Assembly (NCBI GenBank): GCA_036918135.1
Contig: JBALDB010000038.1
Coordinates: forward strand, 32,001-96,000
Origin: Nostoc sp.
Lineage (GTDB): Bacteria > Cyanobacteriota > Cyanobacteriia > Cyanobacteriales > Nostocaceae
Length of the DNA: 64,000 bases
Direction of reading: 5' to 3'
The position numbers were made by a program, and so were the translations under genes. Below are positions 19,664 through 29,498 of the stretch, one piece after another (the first letter of the stretch is position 1; each line of letters starts with the position of its first letter). Under the pieces are notes generated by a model. The model was not told where the DNA came from and did no database searches. It saw only the letters and a list, made by a program, of their open reading frames with translations.

Positions 19664-22600
19664 CTACTCTTTAATCAAACGGTTGATTTCCTGTTGTGTG
19701 AATGGATTATTCCCAGCGCTCAAAACTTTTACCCAACCTTGGCGTTGTAATTTTCTTTCTTTATCCTTAGTCTGAGCGATGAATGCTTGAAAGTCTTCAA
19801 TTGCGCCTTTTGTGTTCCCTGTTAGCGCCCTAGCAAGACCGCGACTATCACGAAAATCACCATCATCAGGAGCAAGCGCCACAGCTTTTTTACAGGCAGA
19901 CAATACATCTTTTGCATGACCCCGCAGACTCCCTTGCCAACAAAGGTTGTTCCACAAATCCGCGTCAATTTCTTTATTGGGAGTGAATTGTTGAGCTTTG
20001 CTGTAAGCAACTGCTGCTTCTCTAAACTTACCTTCCTGCATAAGTTTACTTCCCTTATCATCTAGCAGCGAAACAGCTTTTGCCTTTAGCTCAAATTCAA
20101 GGCTAGGGTCTAGTTGCCATGCAGTTTGAAAAGCTGTAACAGCACCATTAATATTACCTACCTTTGCTAAATCCTCACCCTTGTTAACTTGATTTGCAGC
20201 TTCTACTAATGACTTTACTTTTGCCTCTGGGTCAAATTTTAAGTTGGGATTCCACTTCAAAGCTTTACGAAAAGTAGTAACTGCTTCTTGAGCATCACCT
20301 TGTCTTGCTTGCTCCTCACCTTGCCCGATCAGAAATGGCGCTGCTGCCATTAAAATAGGTTGATTTTGGCATACTGATAGTTTTTCCAAGTCTTGAGGAT
20401 GGGTAACAAAGTAATCGTGCAGCCAAGCACAACCTCTAGCCAACTGTTGATTTAAGCTTTCCACTGGCCACACCCTTGCTGTGTCGTCATCACTAGCAGT
20501 GACAATCAGCTTACTATTGGGGCTAAAACTGGCATTGTTGACTGAACCCTGATGCCTTTTGAGTTGGGCTAACAGCTTACCCGTTGTGTCCCACACCCTT
20601 GCTGTATTGTCAGTACTTGCAGTCACAATCAGCTTGCTATTGGGGCTAAAACTGGCATTGTTGACTATTCCCTGATGCCCTTTGAGTTGAGCTAACAGCT
20701 TACCCGTTGTGTCCCACACCCTTGCTGTCTTGTCAGTACTTGCAGTCACAATCAGCTTGCTATCTGGGCTAAAATTGGCATTTATGACTGAACCCTGATG
20801 CTGAAGTTGGGCTAACTGCTTACCCGTTATGTCCCACACCCTTGCTGTCTTGTCAGTACTTGCAGTCACAATCAGCTTGCTATCTGGGCTAAAACTGGCA
20901 TTGTTGACCGAACCCTGATGCTGAAGTTGGGCTAACAGCTTACCCGTTGTGTCCCATACCCTTGCTGTCTTGTCAGCACTTGCAGTTACAATCAGCTTGC
21001 TATCGGGGCTAAAACTGGCATTTATGACCCAATCCTGATGCCCTTTGAGTTGGGCTAATTGCTTACCCGTTGTGTCCCACACCCTTGCTGTGTTGTCAGC
21101 ACTTGCAGTCACAATCAGCTTGCTATCAGGGGTAAAACTGGCATTTATGACCAAACCCTGATGCTGAAGTTGGGCTAACTGCTTACCCGTCGTGTCCCAC
21201 ACCCTTGCTGTATTGTCAGCACTTGCAGTCACAATCAGTTTGCTATCGGGGCTAAAATTGGCATTTCTGACTGAACCCTGATGCTGAAGTTGGGCTAACT
21301 GCTTACCCGTCGTGTCCCACACCCTTGCTGTGTTGTCATCACTTGCAGTCACAATCAGTTTGCTATCGGGGCTAAAATTGGCATTTCTGACTAAACCCTG
21401 ATGCTTTATAAGTTGGGCTAATTGCTTACCCATTGTGTCCCACACCCTTGCTGTCTTGTCAGTACTGGCAGTGACAATCAGCTTGCTATTGGGGCTAAAA
21501 CTGGCATTGTTGACTGAACCCTGATGCCCTTTGAGTTGGGCTAACTGCTTACCCATTGTATTCCACACCCTTGCTGTCTTGTCAGTACTGGCAGTCACAA
21601 TCAGCTTGCTATCGGGGCTAAAATTGGCATTTCTGACTGAACCCTGATGCTGAAGTTGGGCTAACTGCTTACCCGTTGTGTCCCACACCTTGGCTGTGTT
21701 GTCATCACTTATAGTGACAATCAACTTGCTATTGGGGCTAAAACTGGCATTGTTGATTGAACCCTGATGCTGAAGTTGGGCTAACTGCTTACCCGTTATG
21801 TCCCACACCCTTGCTGTATTGTCAGTATTTGCAGTCACAATCAGCTTGCTATTGGGGCTAAAACTGGCATTGTTGACTATTCCCTGATGCCCTTTGAGTT
21901 GAGCTAACAGCTTACCCGTTGTGTCCCACACCCTTGCTGTCTTGTCAGTACTGGCAGTGACAATCAGCTTGTTATCGGAGCTAAAACTGGCATTGTTGAC
22001 TGAACCCTGATGCTGAAGTTGGGCTAACTGCTTACCCGTTATGTCCCACACCCTTGCTGTGTTGTCATCACTGGCAGTGACAATCAGCTTGCTATCTGGG
22101 CTAAAACTGGCATTGTTGACTGAACCCTGATGCTGAAGTTGGGCTAACTGCTTACCCGTTGTGTCCCACACCCTTACTGTGTTGTCATCACTGGCAGTGA
22201 CAATCAGCTTGCTATCGGAGCTAAAATTGGCATTGTAAACTATTCCCTGATGCCCTTTGAGTTGGGCTAATTGCTTACCCGTTGTGTCCCACACCCTTGC
22301 TGTGTTGTCATGACTTGCAGTTACAATCAGCTTGCTATCGGGGCTAAAACTAGCATTTCTGACCGAATACTGATGCCCTGTAAGCTGCGTCCGTTCTTGA
22401 ATCCCATCTAAAATTATTTGTAAAGCTAATATGGGGCTGGCAGATGGATATTGTTCCAAAGGGCGATCATCCTTAACCAATGACTGCAAGCCTTGTCCTG
22501 CACTCATAGCTGTGAGTAAGGCTTCTATTGATTGAAACTCAAACTGCTGTTGAGCTGCAACTCCCTCTCGCTCTAGCCTTGTGCCTTCTTGGGCTTCTTG

Positions 22601-23314
22601 AATAGTTTTGTTTGCCCAGGCTCCAGCTATTGCTGCTGATACCAATGTCAGAGCCAGCACGCCAAAACCAATGCGAACCATCTGTCTTGCCTGTTGTCCA
22701 GCTTTCATCAATCTTTGATACGCTGCTTCAGCTTCGCGGCTTTTACTAATGTAGTTCTTCTGCTGTTGGGTTGGTTGGGGTTCTTGAGCTGCACTAGAGA
22801 CAAGCCATTGCTCTGCTGCGTCTAAATCAGTTCCACGTAGCAAAAAGCTGTCGTTACGTCCCTTGTTCTCCCACTCCAGCGCCCGAATCAGCAAGCGCGT
22901 ATGCCCGCGCACATATTCTAAATTCGTATCAATTGCTTTAATTAGCTGGGGAAAAATAGTGTCGAAATCATCTTGTTCCCGAAAGAACAGCCAGTTGTGC
23001 TTGGCAAGGGCAGGGTTAACCTGCTCCATGTCGAAGCCTTCTCGCCGCACAATTGGCACGAGGCGCTTATTATTTTTGACTGCATGTTCAATCTCTTGAT
23101 GGCAGACTTTAGAGGCAATGGAATCTGGGCTAATTACAAAGACAAAGGTGTTAGTTGCTTCAATCCCGGCTTCAATTTCTGCCCACCAGTCGGCTGTCAA
23201 AGGAATATCTTTCCAGTCAACCCAGGTTTCACGGTTCTGAGCTTTGAGAGCGTTTTGGAGAGTAACGACGAACTCCTTGTCCCGGCGCGAATAGGAGATA
23301 AAAACGTCTGTCAT
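19664..23314 (-). CDS. TIR domain - transmembrane helix - 16 WD40 repeats - TPR protein
   Basis: TIR box DVFISYSRRD and SPDSIASKVCHQEIEHA; hydrophobic helix IGFGVLALTLVSAAIAGAWA; 16 (G)HQ...VWD repeats; C-terminal TPR-like helices. Confidence 0.93.
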   Translation of the reverse strand: MTDVFISYSRRDKEFVVTLQNALKAQNRETWVDWKDIPLTADWWAEIEAGIEATNTFVFVISPDSIASKVCHQEIEHAVKNNKRLVPIVRREGFDMEQVNPALAKHNWLFFREQDDFDTIFPQLIKAIDTNLEYVRGHTRLLIRALEWENKGRNDSFLLRGTDLDAAEQWLVSSAAQEPQPTQQQKNYISKSREAEAAYQRLMKAGQQARQMVRIGFGVLALTLVSAAIAGAWANKTIQEAQEGTRLEREGVAAQQQFEFQSIEALLTAMSAGQGLQSLVKDDRPLEQYPSASPILALQIILDGIQERTQLTGHQYSVRNASFSPDSKLIVTASHDNTARVWDTTGKQLAQLKGHQGIVYNANFSSDSKLIVTASDDNTVRVWDTTGKQLAQLQHQGSVNNASFSPDSKLIVTASDDNTARVWDITGKQLAQLQHQGSVNNASFSSDNKLIVTASTDKTARVWDTTGKLLAQLKGHQGIVNNASFSPNSKLIVTANTDNTARVWDITGKQLAQLQHQGSINNASFSPNSKLIVTISDDNTAKVWDTTGKQLAQLQHQGSVRNANFSPDSKLIVTASTDKTARVWNTMGKQLAQLKGHQGSVNNASFSPNSKLIVTASTDKTARVWDTMGKQLAQLIKHQGLVRNANFSPDSKLIVTASDDNTARVWDTTGKQLAQLQHQGSVRNANFSPDSKLIVTASADNTARVWDTTGKQLAQLQHQGLVINASFTPDSKLIVTASADNTARVWDTTGKQLAQLKGHQDWVINASFSPDSKLIVTASADKTARVWDTTGKLLAQLQHQGSVNNASFSPDSKLIVTASTDKTARVWDITGKQLAQLQHQGSVINANFSPDSKLIVTASTDKTARVWDTTGKLLAQLKGHQGIVNNASFSPNSKLIVTASTDNTARVWDTTGKLLAQLKRHQGSVNNASFSPNSKLIVTASDDDTARVWPVESLNQQLARGCAWLHDYFVTHPQDLEKLSVCQNQPILMAAAPFLIGQGEEQARQGDAQEAVTTFRKALKWNPNLKFDPEAKVKSLVEAANQVNKGEDLAKVGNINGAVTAFQTAWQLDPSLEFELKAKAVSLLDDKGSKLMQEGKFREAAVAYSKAQQFTPNKEIDADLWNNLCWQGSLRGHAKDVLSACKKAVALAPDDGDFRDSRGLARALTGNTKGAIEDFQAFIAQTKDKERKLQRQGWVKVLSAGNNPFTQQEINRLIKE

Positions 23315-23464
23315 GTGATTTGCTCAGTCTGGGTCTAGGTTACTAAGTAGGAGGCAGGAGGCAGAAGGTAAAACTCTCAATAGTAAAAGGTTTCGCTAGT
23401 TTGGATTTTACATTTAATTATGTGCGCTTACTTATAATGTCTGTTTTATTTTTTCTTGACAACT

Positions 23465-23933
23465 GCGATCGCACCAAACAAAAACAAACCCTGAAGCCGC
23501 TACCGCCAACCCTAGAGCGGCTACCATCAACTCTGCATCTAATCTTTAAAAATGGCATCAAAGAGCGATGCCTGCGGCGGGCTACACCAACACTCTTTTC
23601 ACAGATTGCTTCGCTTGCAATAAGTTTTATAATTAAGCGATCGCACCAAACAAAAACAAATCCAAAAGCCGCTACCGCCAACCCTGGAGCCACTACCATC
23701 AACCCAAAAGCCGCTTTTGCCAACTCTGAAGTCACTACCGTCAACCCAAAAGCCACTCCCACCAACCCTGAAGCCACTACTGTCAACCTTGAAGTCACTC
23801 CCGCCAACTTTGAAGCCACTACCGTCAACCCAAAAGCCACTACCGCCAACCCAAAAGCCGCTTTTGCCAACTCTGCATCTAATCTGAAAAAATGGCATCA
23901 AAGAGCGATGCCTGCAGCGGGCTACGCCAACGC
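23465..23933. repeat. Duplicated HIP1-bounded cassette holding 2 and 10 copies of a 21-nt unit
   Basis: Copy 1 at 23465-23593 and copy 2 at 23637-23933 share flanks. Unit consensus AACCCWRAAGCCRCTACCRYC. Confidence 0.85.
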
Positions 23934-23966
23934 TTAGGGACTGATATCATGTCCAAATAATTCTTG

Positions 23967-24743
23967 TTAATAAGTACTATCACTGGATTCATCCTGGACA
24001 ATCGTTAAACCCAAAGCTTTATAAGCAGTTAGTATCTTATTAGATACTGTTGGTGCAGTTACCAGATAAGTTAGTGCATGAATCGACTCGACTACATAAG
24101 GAGCAGCTGTGTCTAACTTCTCTGCTGTCGCTAATCCAACGACTTCCGCTGCTCCAGCAATCATTGCTCGTTTAACATGGGCTTCTTCTAAATTCGGCAC
24201 ACTAATACCAACTTCTGGGTGCAGACTACATACGCCCAACATGCACAAATCTGCACGAATCATCCGTAATGCCTCAATTGTAGCTGCACCAACGTTTACC
24301 AAAGCTTTTTTGTAGAGTTGTCCGCCCAACATCACAACTTGAATGTGGGGATGCTCTGCTAACGCAACGGCGATTGGAGGACTATTTGTGACGATTGTCG
24401 CTTGTAAATCCAAGGGTAAATGATGGGCTACTTGGAGAGTTGTCGTACCGCCATTTAAAATTACCACTTGCCCGGTACAAATCAATTTTGCAGCCGCACG
24501 AGCGATCGCTTCTTTCTCTTTTGGTGCTTGTTTCTGCCGATCTGCATAACTGGCGATCGCTGGAGAAGTCAAAAGCGCTCCGCCATGAACGCGTTGTAAA
24601 AAACCAGATTCGGCTAATTCTCGCAAATCCCGACGAATCGTATCCTCAGAAACCTTTAGCACGGCACTAAGTTCCGATGACAGCACCTTTTTATCACGAC
24701 GCAGAATTTCTAAGATGAATTGTCGCCGCTCTGCCGTCAGCAT
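23967..24743 (-). CDS. DeoR/GlpR family transcriptional regulator
   Basis: VSEDTIRRDLREL HTH, RVHGGA, DeoR C-terminal sensor domain. Likely start MLTAERR at 24743. Confidence 0.93.
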   Translation of the reverse strand: MLTAERRQFILEILRRDKKVLSSELSAVLKVSEDTIRRDLRELAESGFLQRVHGGALLTSPAIASYADRQKQAPKEKEAIARAAAKLICTGQVVILNGGTTTLQVAHHLPLDLQATIVTNSPPIAVALAEHPHIQVVMLGGQLYKKALVNVGAATIEALRMIRADLCMLGVCSLHPEVGISVPNLEEAHVKRAMIAGAAEVVGLATAEKLDTAAPYVVESIHALTYLVTAPTVSNKILTAYKALGLTIVQDESSDSTY

Positions 24744-24756
24744 AGAAGGTTTTTCA

Positions 24757-24831
24757 TGAAATTGCATATTTGCCCTTGAAATTGCACGTTTGTGAGTTTA
24801 TACTTATAGCTATGCGGATCGTTGCATATTT
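24757..24831. promoter_or_regulatory. Phased TTGCAYRTTT direct repeats, candidate DeoR-family operator
   Basis: TGAAATTGCATATTT at 24757, TGAAATTGCACGTTT at 24777, TTGCATATTT at 24822. Confidence 0.45.
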
Positions 24832-25058
24832 TTCCTTGGGTTTAAATAGATTCAAGCATATTCGTGCATAAGGTAGAGTTCAACGATTTTAGCCGATCCC
24901 TCGTAGTAACGGAAGCCTCTAAGCTACATGATTCCTCGTAGACCACTCGTTAATCAAAAGGATGGAACAACTTAAGCAAAAACACATTTAATTCGTGCGA
25001 TCGCTAACGTTGGTTGTCGATAGTCATCAATCCACATTTCAAATAAAAGGCATAAAAC

Positions 25059-26972
25059 ATGACAGTTACTAATACGCAATTTCCCATTAATCTCGGTGCT
25101 TATAAACGTCTGGCTCTCAATCCGGCAAATCCAACTCTCACAGACGAGCAAAGAGAAATCCTCAAAGCCAACATTCAACTGTGCCGGGATGCGATCGTGC
25201 TATTTACTGCCACTGGTGCTGCCAGAGGAGTAGGCGGTCACACTGGTGGCCCTTACGACACAGTACCAGAAGTGATGATTCTCGATGCGTTTTTTCGGGG
25301 AGCAGCCGATAAATTTGTGCCAATTTTCTTTGATGAAGCGGGACATAGAGCTGCAACTCAGTACTTGATGGCAACCCTAGATGGTGAGTTAGAAGCCGAC
25401 CAACTTCTACACTATCGTGAGGCACACTTTGCCTTACCAGGACATCCCGAACTAAAATTAACTCCTGGTGTGAAGTTTAGTACTGGACGATTAGGGCATA
25501 TATGGCCTTACGTTAATGGTGTGGTTTTAGCAAATCCTGGTAAAGTAGTTTTCTGTCTTGGTTCTGATGGCTCGCAGCAAGAAGGCAACGACGCGGAAGC
25601 CGCTCGCTTGGCTGTTGCTCAACATCTCAACGTCAAGTTAATCATTGATGATAATGATGTCACCATTGCCGGACATCCATCCAAATATCTACCTGGTTTT
25701 ACAGTCGCTAAAACTTTAGAAGGTCACGGATTAAAGATACTAGAAGGAGACGGGGAAGACTTAGACGATTTATATCGTCGCCTTTGCGAAGCAGTAAATA
25801 CTCCCGGGCCCATCGCTCTAATCAACAAACGCCCCATGTGTCCTGGTATTGAAGGGTTAGAAGGCTCCACTCACGGTCATGATGTCATTCCAGTAGACTT
25901 GGCGATTAAATATCTCGAATCACGCGGACATACAGCTGCTGTCGAATGTTTGAAAAACATTGAAAAACCCAAACAAAGCTATACTTTTGTTGGTTCTGGC
26001 GATAAATGGGGCGCTAACCGCAATGTATTTGGTGAAGCAGTGGTTGATGTCTTAAGCCGGATGAGTGAAACGGAACGCAAGCAAAACGTCATGGTCATCG
26101 ACAGCGATTTAGAAGGTTCCTGCGGACTCAAGAAAATTCATGATACATACCCGGAAATTTTTATTTCCTCTGGAATTATGGAACGGGGTAACTTCTCTGC
26201 AGCTGCTGGGTTTGGCATGGAGGAAGGAAAGCAAGGAATTTTTGCAACTTTTAGCGCTTTCTTAGAAATGTGCATCTCAGAAATTACAATGGCACGGCTG
26301 AACTACTCGAATGTTCTTTGCCACTTTTCCCACGCAGGTATCGATGACATGGCAGATAACACCTGCCACTTCGGTATAAACAACATGTTTGCTGACAACG
26401 GCTTGGATGATGGCCAACCAACACAGCTATTCTTTCCCGCAGATACTAATCAGATGAAAGCTTGTGTAGACGCTGTGTTTTTTGAGCCGGGGCTGCGGTT
26501 CATTTTCTCCACTCGTTCTAAAGTGCCGAATATTCTTGACAGTAATGGTAACGACTTGTTTGCTGGTGACTATAAATTTACCCCTGGTAAAGATGAGGTG
26601 ATTCGAGAAGGGACACAAGGCTATATCATTAGTTTTGGTGATGCTCTGTACCGTGCCGTCGATGCAGTGGAACGTCTCAAACAGGAAGGATTGGATGTAG
26701 GTTTGATTAATAAACCAACCTTAAATGCTATTGATGAAGAAGCGATCGCAAAAGTCGGTAAAGCTCCTTTTGTCCTTGTAGTAGAAGCATTCAATCGCCG
26801 AACCGGATTAGGTAGCCGTTTTGGTTCTTGGCTGTTAGAGCGCGGGTTTACTCCTAAATACGCTCATCTTGGCACTCATAAAGAAGGTTGCGGTGGTTTA
26901 TGGGAACAGTATCCATATCAAGGCATCGATCCAGTGAGTATAATCAACAAGGTTAAAGACTTAGTTAAATAA
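25059..26972 (+). CDS. Transketolase-like ThDP-dependent enzyme (non-canonical subfamily)
   Basis: GGHTGG, LPGHPE, SDGSQQEG..N ThDP motif, GIMERG pyrimidine-binding domain, transketolase C-terminal domain. Confidence 0.88.
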   Translation: MTVTNTQFPINLGAYKRLALNPANPTLTDEQREILKANIQLCRDAIVLFTATGAARGVGGHTGGPYDTVPEVMILDAFFRGAADKFVPIFFDEAGHRAATQYLMATLDGELEADQLLHYREAHFALPGHPELKLTPGVKFSTGRLGHIWPYVNGVVLANPGKVVFCLGSDGSQQEGNDAEAARLAVAQHLNVKLIIDDNDVTIAGHPSKYLPGFTVAKTLEGHGLKILEGDGEDLDDLYRRLCEAVNTPGPIALINKRPMCPGIEGLEGSTHGHDVIPVDLAIKYLESRGHTAAVECLKNIEKPKQSYTFVGSGDKWGANRNVFGEAVVDVLSRMSETERKQNVMVIDSDLEGSCGLKKIHDTYPEIFISSGIMERGNFSAAAGFGMEEGKQGIFATFSAFLEMCISEITMARLNYSNVLCHFSHAGIDDMADNTCHFGINNMFADNGLDDGQPTQLFFPADTNQMKACVDAVFFEPGLRFIFSTRSKVPNILDSNGNDLFAGDYKFTPGKDEVIREGTQGYIISFGDALYRAVDAVERLKQEGLDVGLINKPTLNAIDEEAIAKVGKAPFVLVVEAFNRRTGLGSRFGSWLLERGFTPKYAHLGTHKEGCGGLWEQYPYQGIDPVSIINKVKDLVK

Positions 26973-27251
26973 CAGAACTTACGCACAAAGATTGTCTGTT
27001 AAGACTAAGTCTAAGGGTGTAAGGTTTCCCTCCCCTACACCCTCACATCCTAAGTTTATTGGTAATGTATTCACCTTTTCCAGTGCTATATAGCAGTACA
27101 TCAGAAGACAACTGCTATATCAAAAGTTTTCAAGCGGTAATATCTAACACGTTCTCCTGACTTAAGTGGTCGCTGAGATCCTCACAATTCCTCTGACATA
27201 CGGACTACAATTTTGGTAAAAGGTGGAAATTCAGACTAAGGCAATCAAACG

Positions 27252-28343
27252 ATGGCAATATGTGAGGCTAGTGTCGGTATCTTAATTATTGTCATTGTGT
27301 CGTTTGATGTGTTTCAGGCAGTTATCGTTCCTCGTCGTTCGCCGCGCACGTTTAGAATTTCATCGCTGCTCATCAGATTATTCTGGTTGCCGTGGCGACA
27401 ATTGAGTTTGCACACTGGTAAGCGGCAGGAGTATTTATTGGGAGTATTCGCGCCCTTGTCTTTAATGCTGCTGCTTACGGTTTGGGTGATTGCATTAATC
27501 GTTGGGTATGGACTGATCCTGTACGCTTTGCAAGACTCCATCCAACCTGCAATTCGAGATTTTGGTAGCGCTCTTTATGTGGCAGGAACCTCACTGTTCA
27601 CCCTTGGGTTTGGCGATTTTGTCGCCTCTGGGATTGCGCGGGTGGTAGTGCTGACGGCAGCAGGATCGGGATTAGCAGTGATGTCGCTGACGATCGCGTT
27701 TTTATTCTCACTCTACAGTTCTTTACAGCATCGTGAAGCTTTTGTCAATCTCGTGGAGGCGCGGGCTGGCAGTCCTCCATCGGGGGTGACGTTGTTGGAA
27801 ACTTATACTCGGTTAAAGATTCTCGACCAACTGCCTCGTGACATTGGTGATTGGGAAGTTTGGGCAGCAGAAATTTTAGAGAGCCATCGTGCCTATCCCA
27901 TTCTCTCGTTTTTTCGCTCGACTTTGGAAGATGATTCCTGGATTAGTACACTTGGTGCAATGCTCGACGCTTGTACGCTGTTGCTCACTACTGTGCAAAC
28001 CGAGCATAGTGGTCGAGCGTATTTGATGCACCGAATGGGCTGTCGTATTGTTCTGGATCTACATCACTTGTTTCAACTTCCCCTAGCAGATATACTCGAA
28101 GTCGATCGCGAACAATTTGAGCAGTCACGAGCAAGTTTAACGCAGGCTGGTTTTATACTAAAGGATGCAGAATCGGCATGGCAACAGTTTGTAGAGATGC
28201 ATTCCGCTTACAGCAGCTTACTTAACACCTTAGTTAAATACTTCGCTACCGAACCGCCCTTATGGACTCATCATACTTTCCCTGCACCTCATCCGCTTAC
28301 TAAACGACTTCCCAAGAAAAGGGGTTCGCGCTCGTCTCTGTGA
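27252..28343 (+). CDS. Potassium channel family protein (Ion_trans_2 pore)
   Basis: TSLFTLGFGDF pore/selectivity motif flanked by TM helices. Confidence 0.85.
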   Translation: MAICEASVGILIIVIVSFDVFQAVIVPRRSPRTFRISSLLIRLFWLPWRQLSLHTGKRQEYLLGVFAPLSLMLLLTVWVIALIVGYGLILYALQDSIQPAIRDFGSALYVAGTSLFTLGFGDFVASGIARVVVLTAAGSGLAVMSLTIAFLFSLYSSLQHREAFVNLVEARAGSPPSGVTLLETYTRLKILDQLPRDIGDWEVWAAEILESHRAYPILSFFRSTLEDDSWISTLGAMLDACTLLLTTVQTEHSGRAYLMHRMGCRIVLDLHHLFQLPLADILEVDREQFEQSRASLTQAGFILKDAESAWQQFVEMHSAYSSLLNTLVKYFATEPPLWTHHTFPAPHPLTKRLPKKRGSRSSL

Positions 28344-28539
28344 TTGCTTCTAGCAATCACCAAATCAATCTCAAATCATTTGACTGCTTTTAAGGTGGAG
28401 AAGCTGATGTTAGCTCTATTTAGCATAATCCCAAATATGCATCGCCCAACGCCCTTTTCCAATCAACGCTAAAAAATCAAGCCACATTTAGCTTATCCTG
28501 AATCCCCAGAGAGTTAAGCTGGGTAAAAAACCTACCATC

Positions 28540-28839
28540 ATGAAATTATTATAAATTGCAGAAGACCCAAAAAAAGTGCTTTGGGAAATGATGACTAGTT
28601 TTAGTGAGAGAGTCTGGTTAGCTAGGTGGACTTCAGGTTTAGAATTCTTGCTATGGTAAAAAATCAGATCGTGTTCAGATGACTTGACCTTGAGAGAAAT
28701 TGCAGATTTTAATTTCTACACTGGACTAGCAGGTGGTTGGTGGGTCTGGGATAAAAATCAAAAATCTGAAGTATTTATAACTTTTAAAGAATGACTAAAA
28801 CTTTATAAATCCTATAAAGCTAGTCAGTGTAAGCTCTAA
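28540..28839 (+). pseudogene. Decayed ~100-codon gene with three in-frame stops
   Basis: MKLL*IAEDPKKVLWEMMTSFSERVWLARWTSGLEFLLW*KIRS...LAGGWWVWDKNQKSEVFITFKE*LKLY... in one frame. Confidence 0.55.
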
Positions 28840-28907
28840 CAGAAAAATTTCTGATGCTAATTATGAAAGTTATTTGCATATTAGATTAATAGTCTAATCT
28901 AATTCAT

Positions 28908-29081
28908 ATGCTTTCTTTCGCCGCTCATCCTCAAACTAAAAATAATCTTCTCAAACTTGTGAATGGAGATAATCAACTGTGCCAAAGATTGATTAATAAT
29001 ATCAAAAATCAATATCCGGAGAAACACGAACAATGGTGTTATGAAAAAGCTATCAATGATTTAATCAAGGATAGACGTTAG
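28908..29081 (+). CDS. Small hypothetical protein (57 aa), below the ORF-track cutoff
   Basis: MLSFAAHPQTKNNLLKLVNGDNQLCQRLINNIKNQYPEKHEQWCYEKAINDLIKDRR resembles a recurrent cyanobacterial helical module (LL.L..GD...RL...W..EKAI.DL.RDRR). Confidence 0.6.
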   Translation: MLSFAAHPQTKNNLLKLVNGDNQLCQRLINNIKNQYPEKHEQWCYEKAINDLIKDRR

Positions 29082-29498
29082 AAAAAGGGTGTAGGGGATA
29101 TTCCTTTTTCATGCATGGCGGTGAAACTTGTTTCATAAAGACTGCCTTCTGCCTCCTGCCTCAAAACCTGTAACTTTGTACCTCATGTAAAAGAAAAGTG
29201 CTGTATCAAGTAAGCTTTTAATTCTAATAAGTCTCTATCTTGAGAATCTAATCTTTATCATTACTATTTCTCGCCAGTTGTCGAGGTTGTCGAGTTGTAT
29301 TCATGAACTGCAATCCCAAAAAGCTAAATTTACAAATCATGTATGTGGAGTATGGTATTAGGTTACAGTAGCTGAAATTCTGGGATTAGTTACTAACCGA
29401 GTGTAACCACGAGTGTAAGATTAGCTTTCTGTTGAGTAGTTTTGAGTGCCTGTATAGGGACTTTCTTTGTAAGACCCTAAGGCTCATCTGGTGTCAAT

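Noticed and set aside
20465..22387. Diversity-generating retroelement target in the WD40 array
   Set aside because: No reverse transcriptase or separate template repeat in the window, and several variable codons (AAC/AGA/ATA, TCA/TTG/TGG) are not explained by adenine-only mutagenesis.
23659..23868. CRISPR-like array, or real genes for ORFs 23401-23937, 23418-23870 and 23599-23901
   Set aside because: No spacers. The frames are open on both strands simply because the repeat period is a multiple of 3, and there is no convincing start or RBS.
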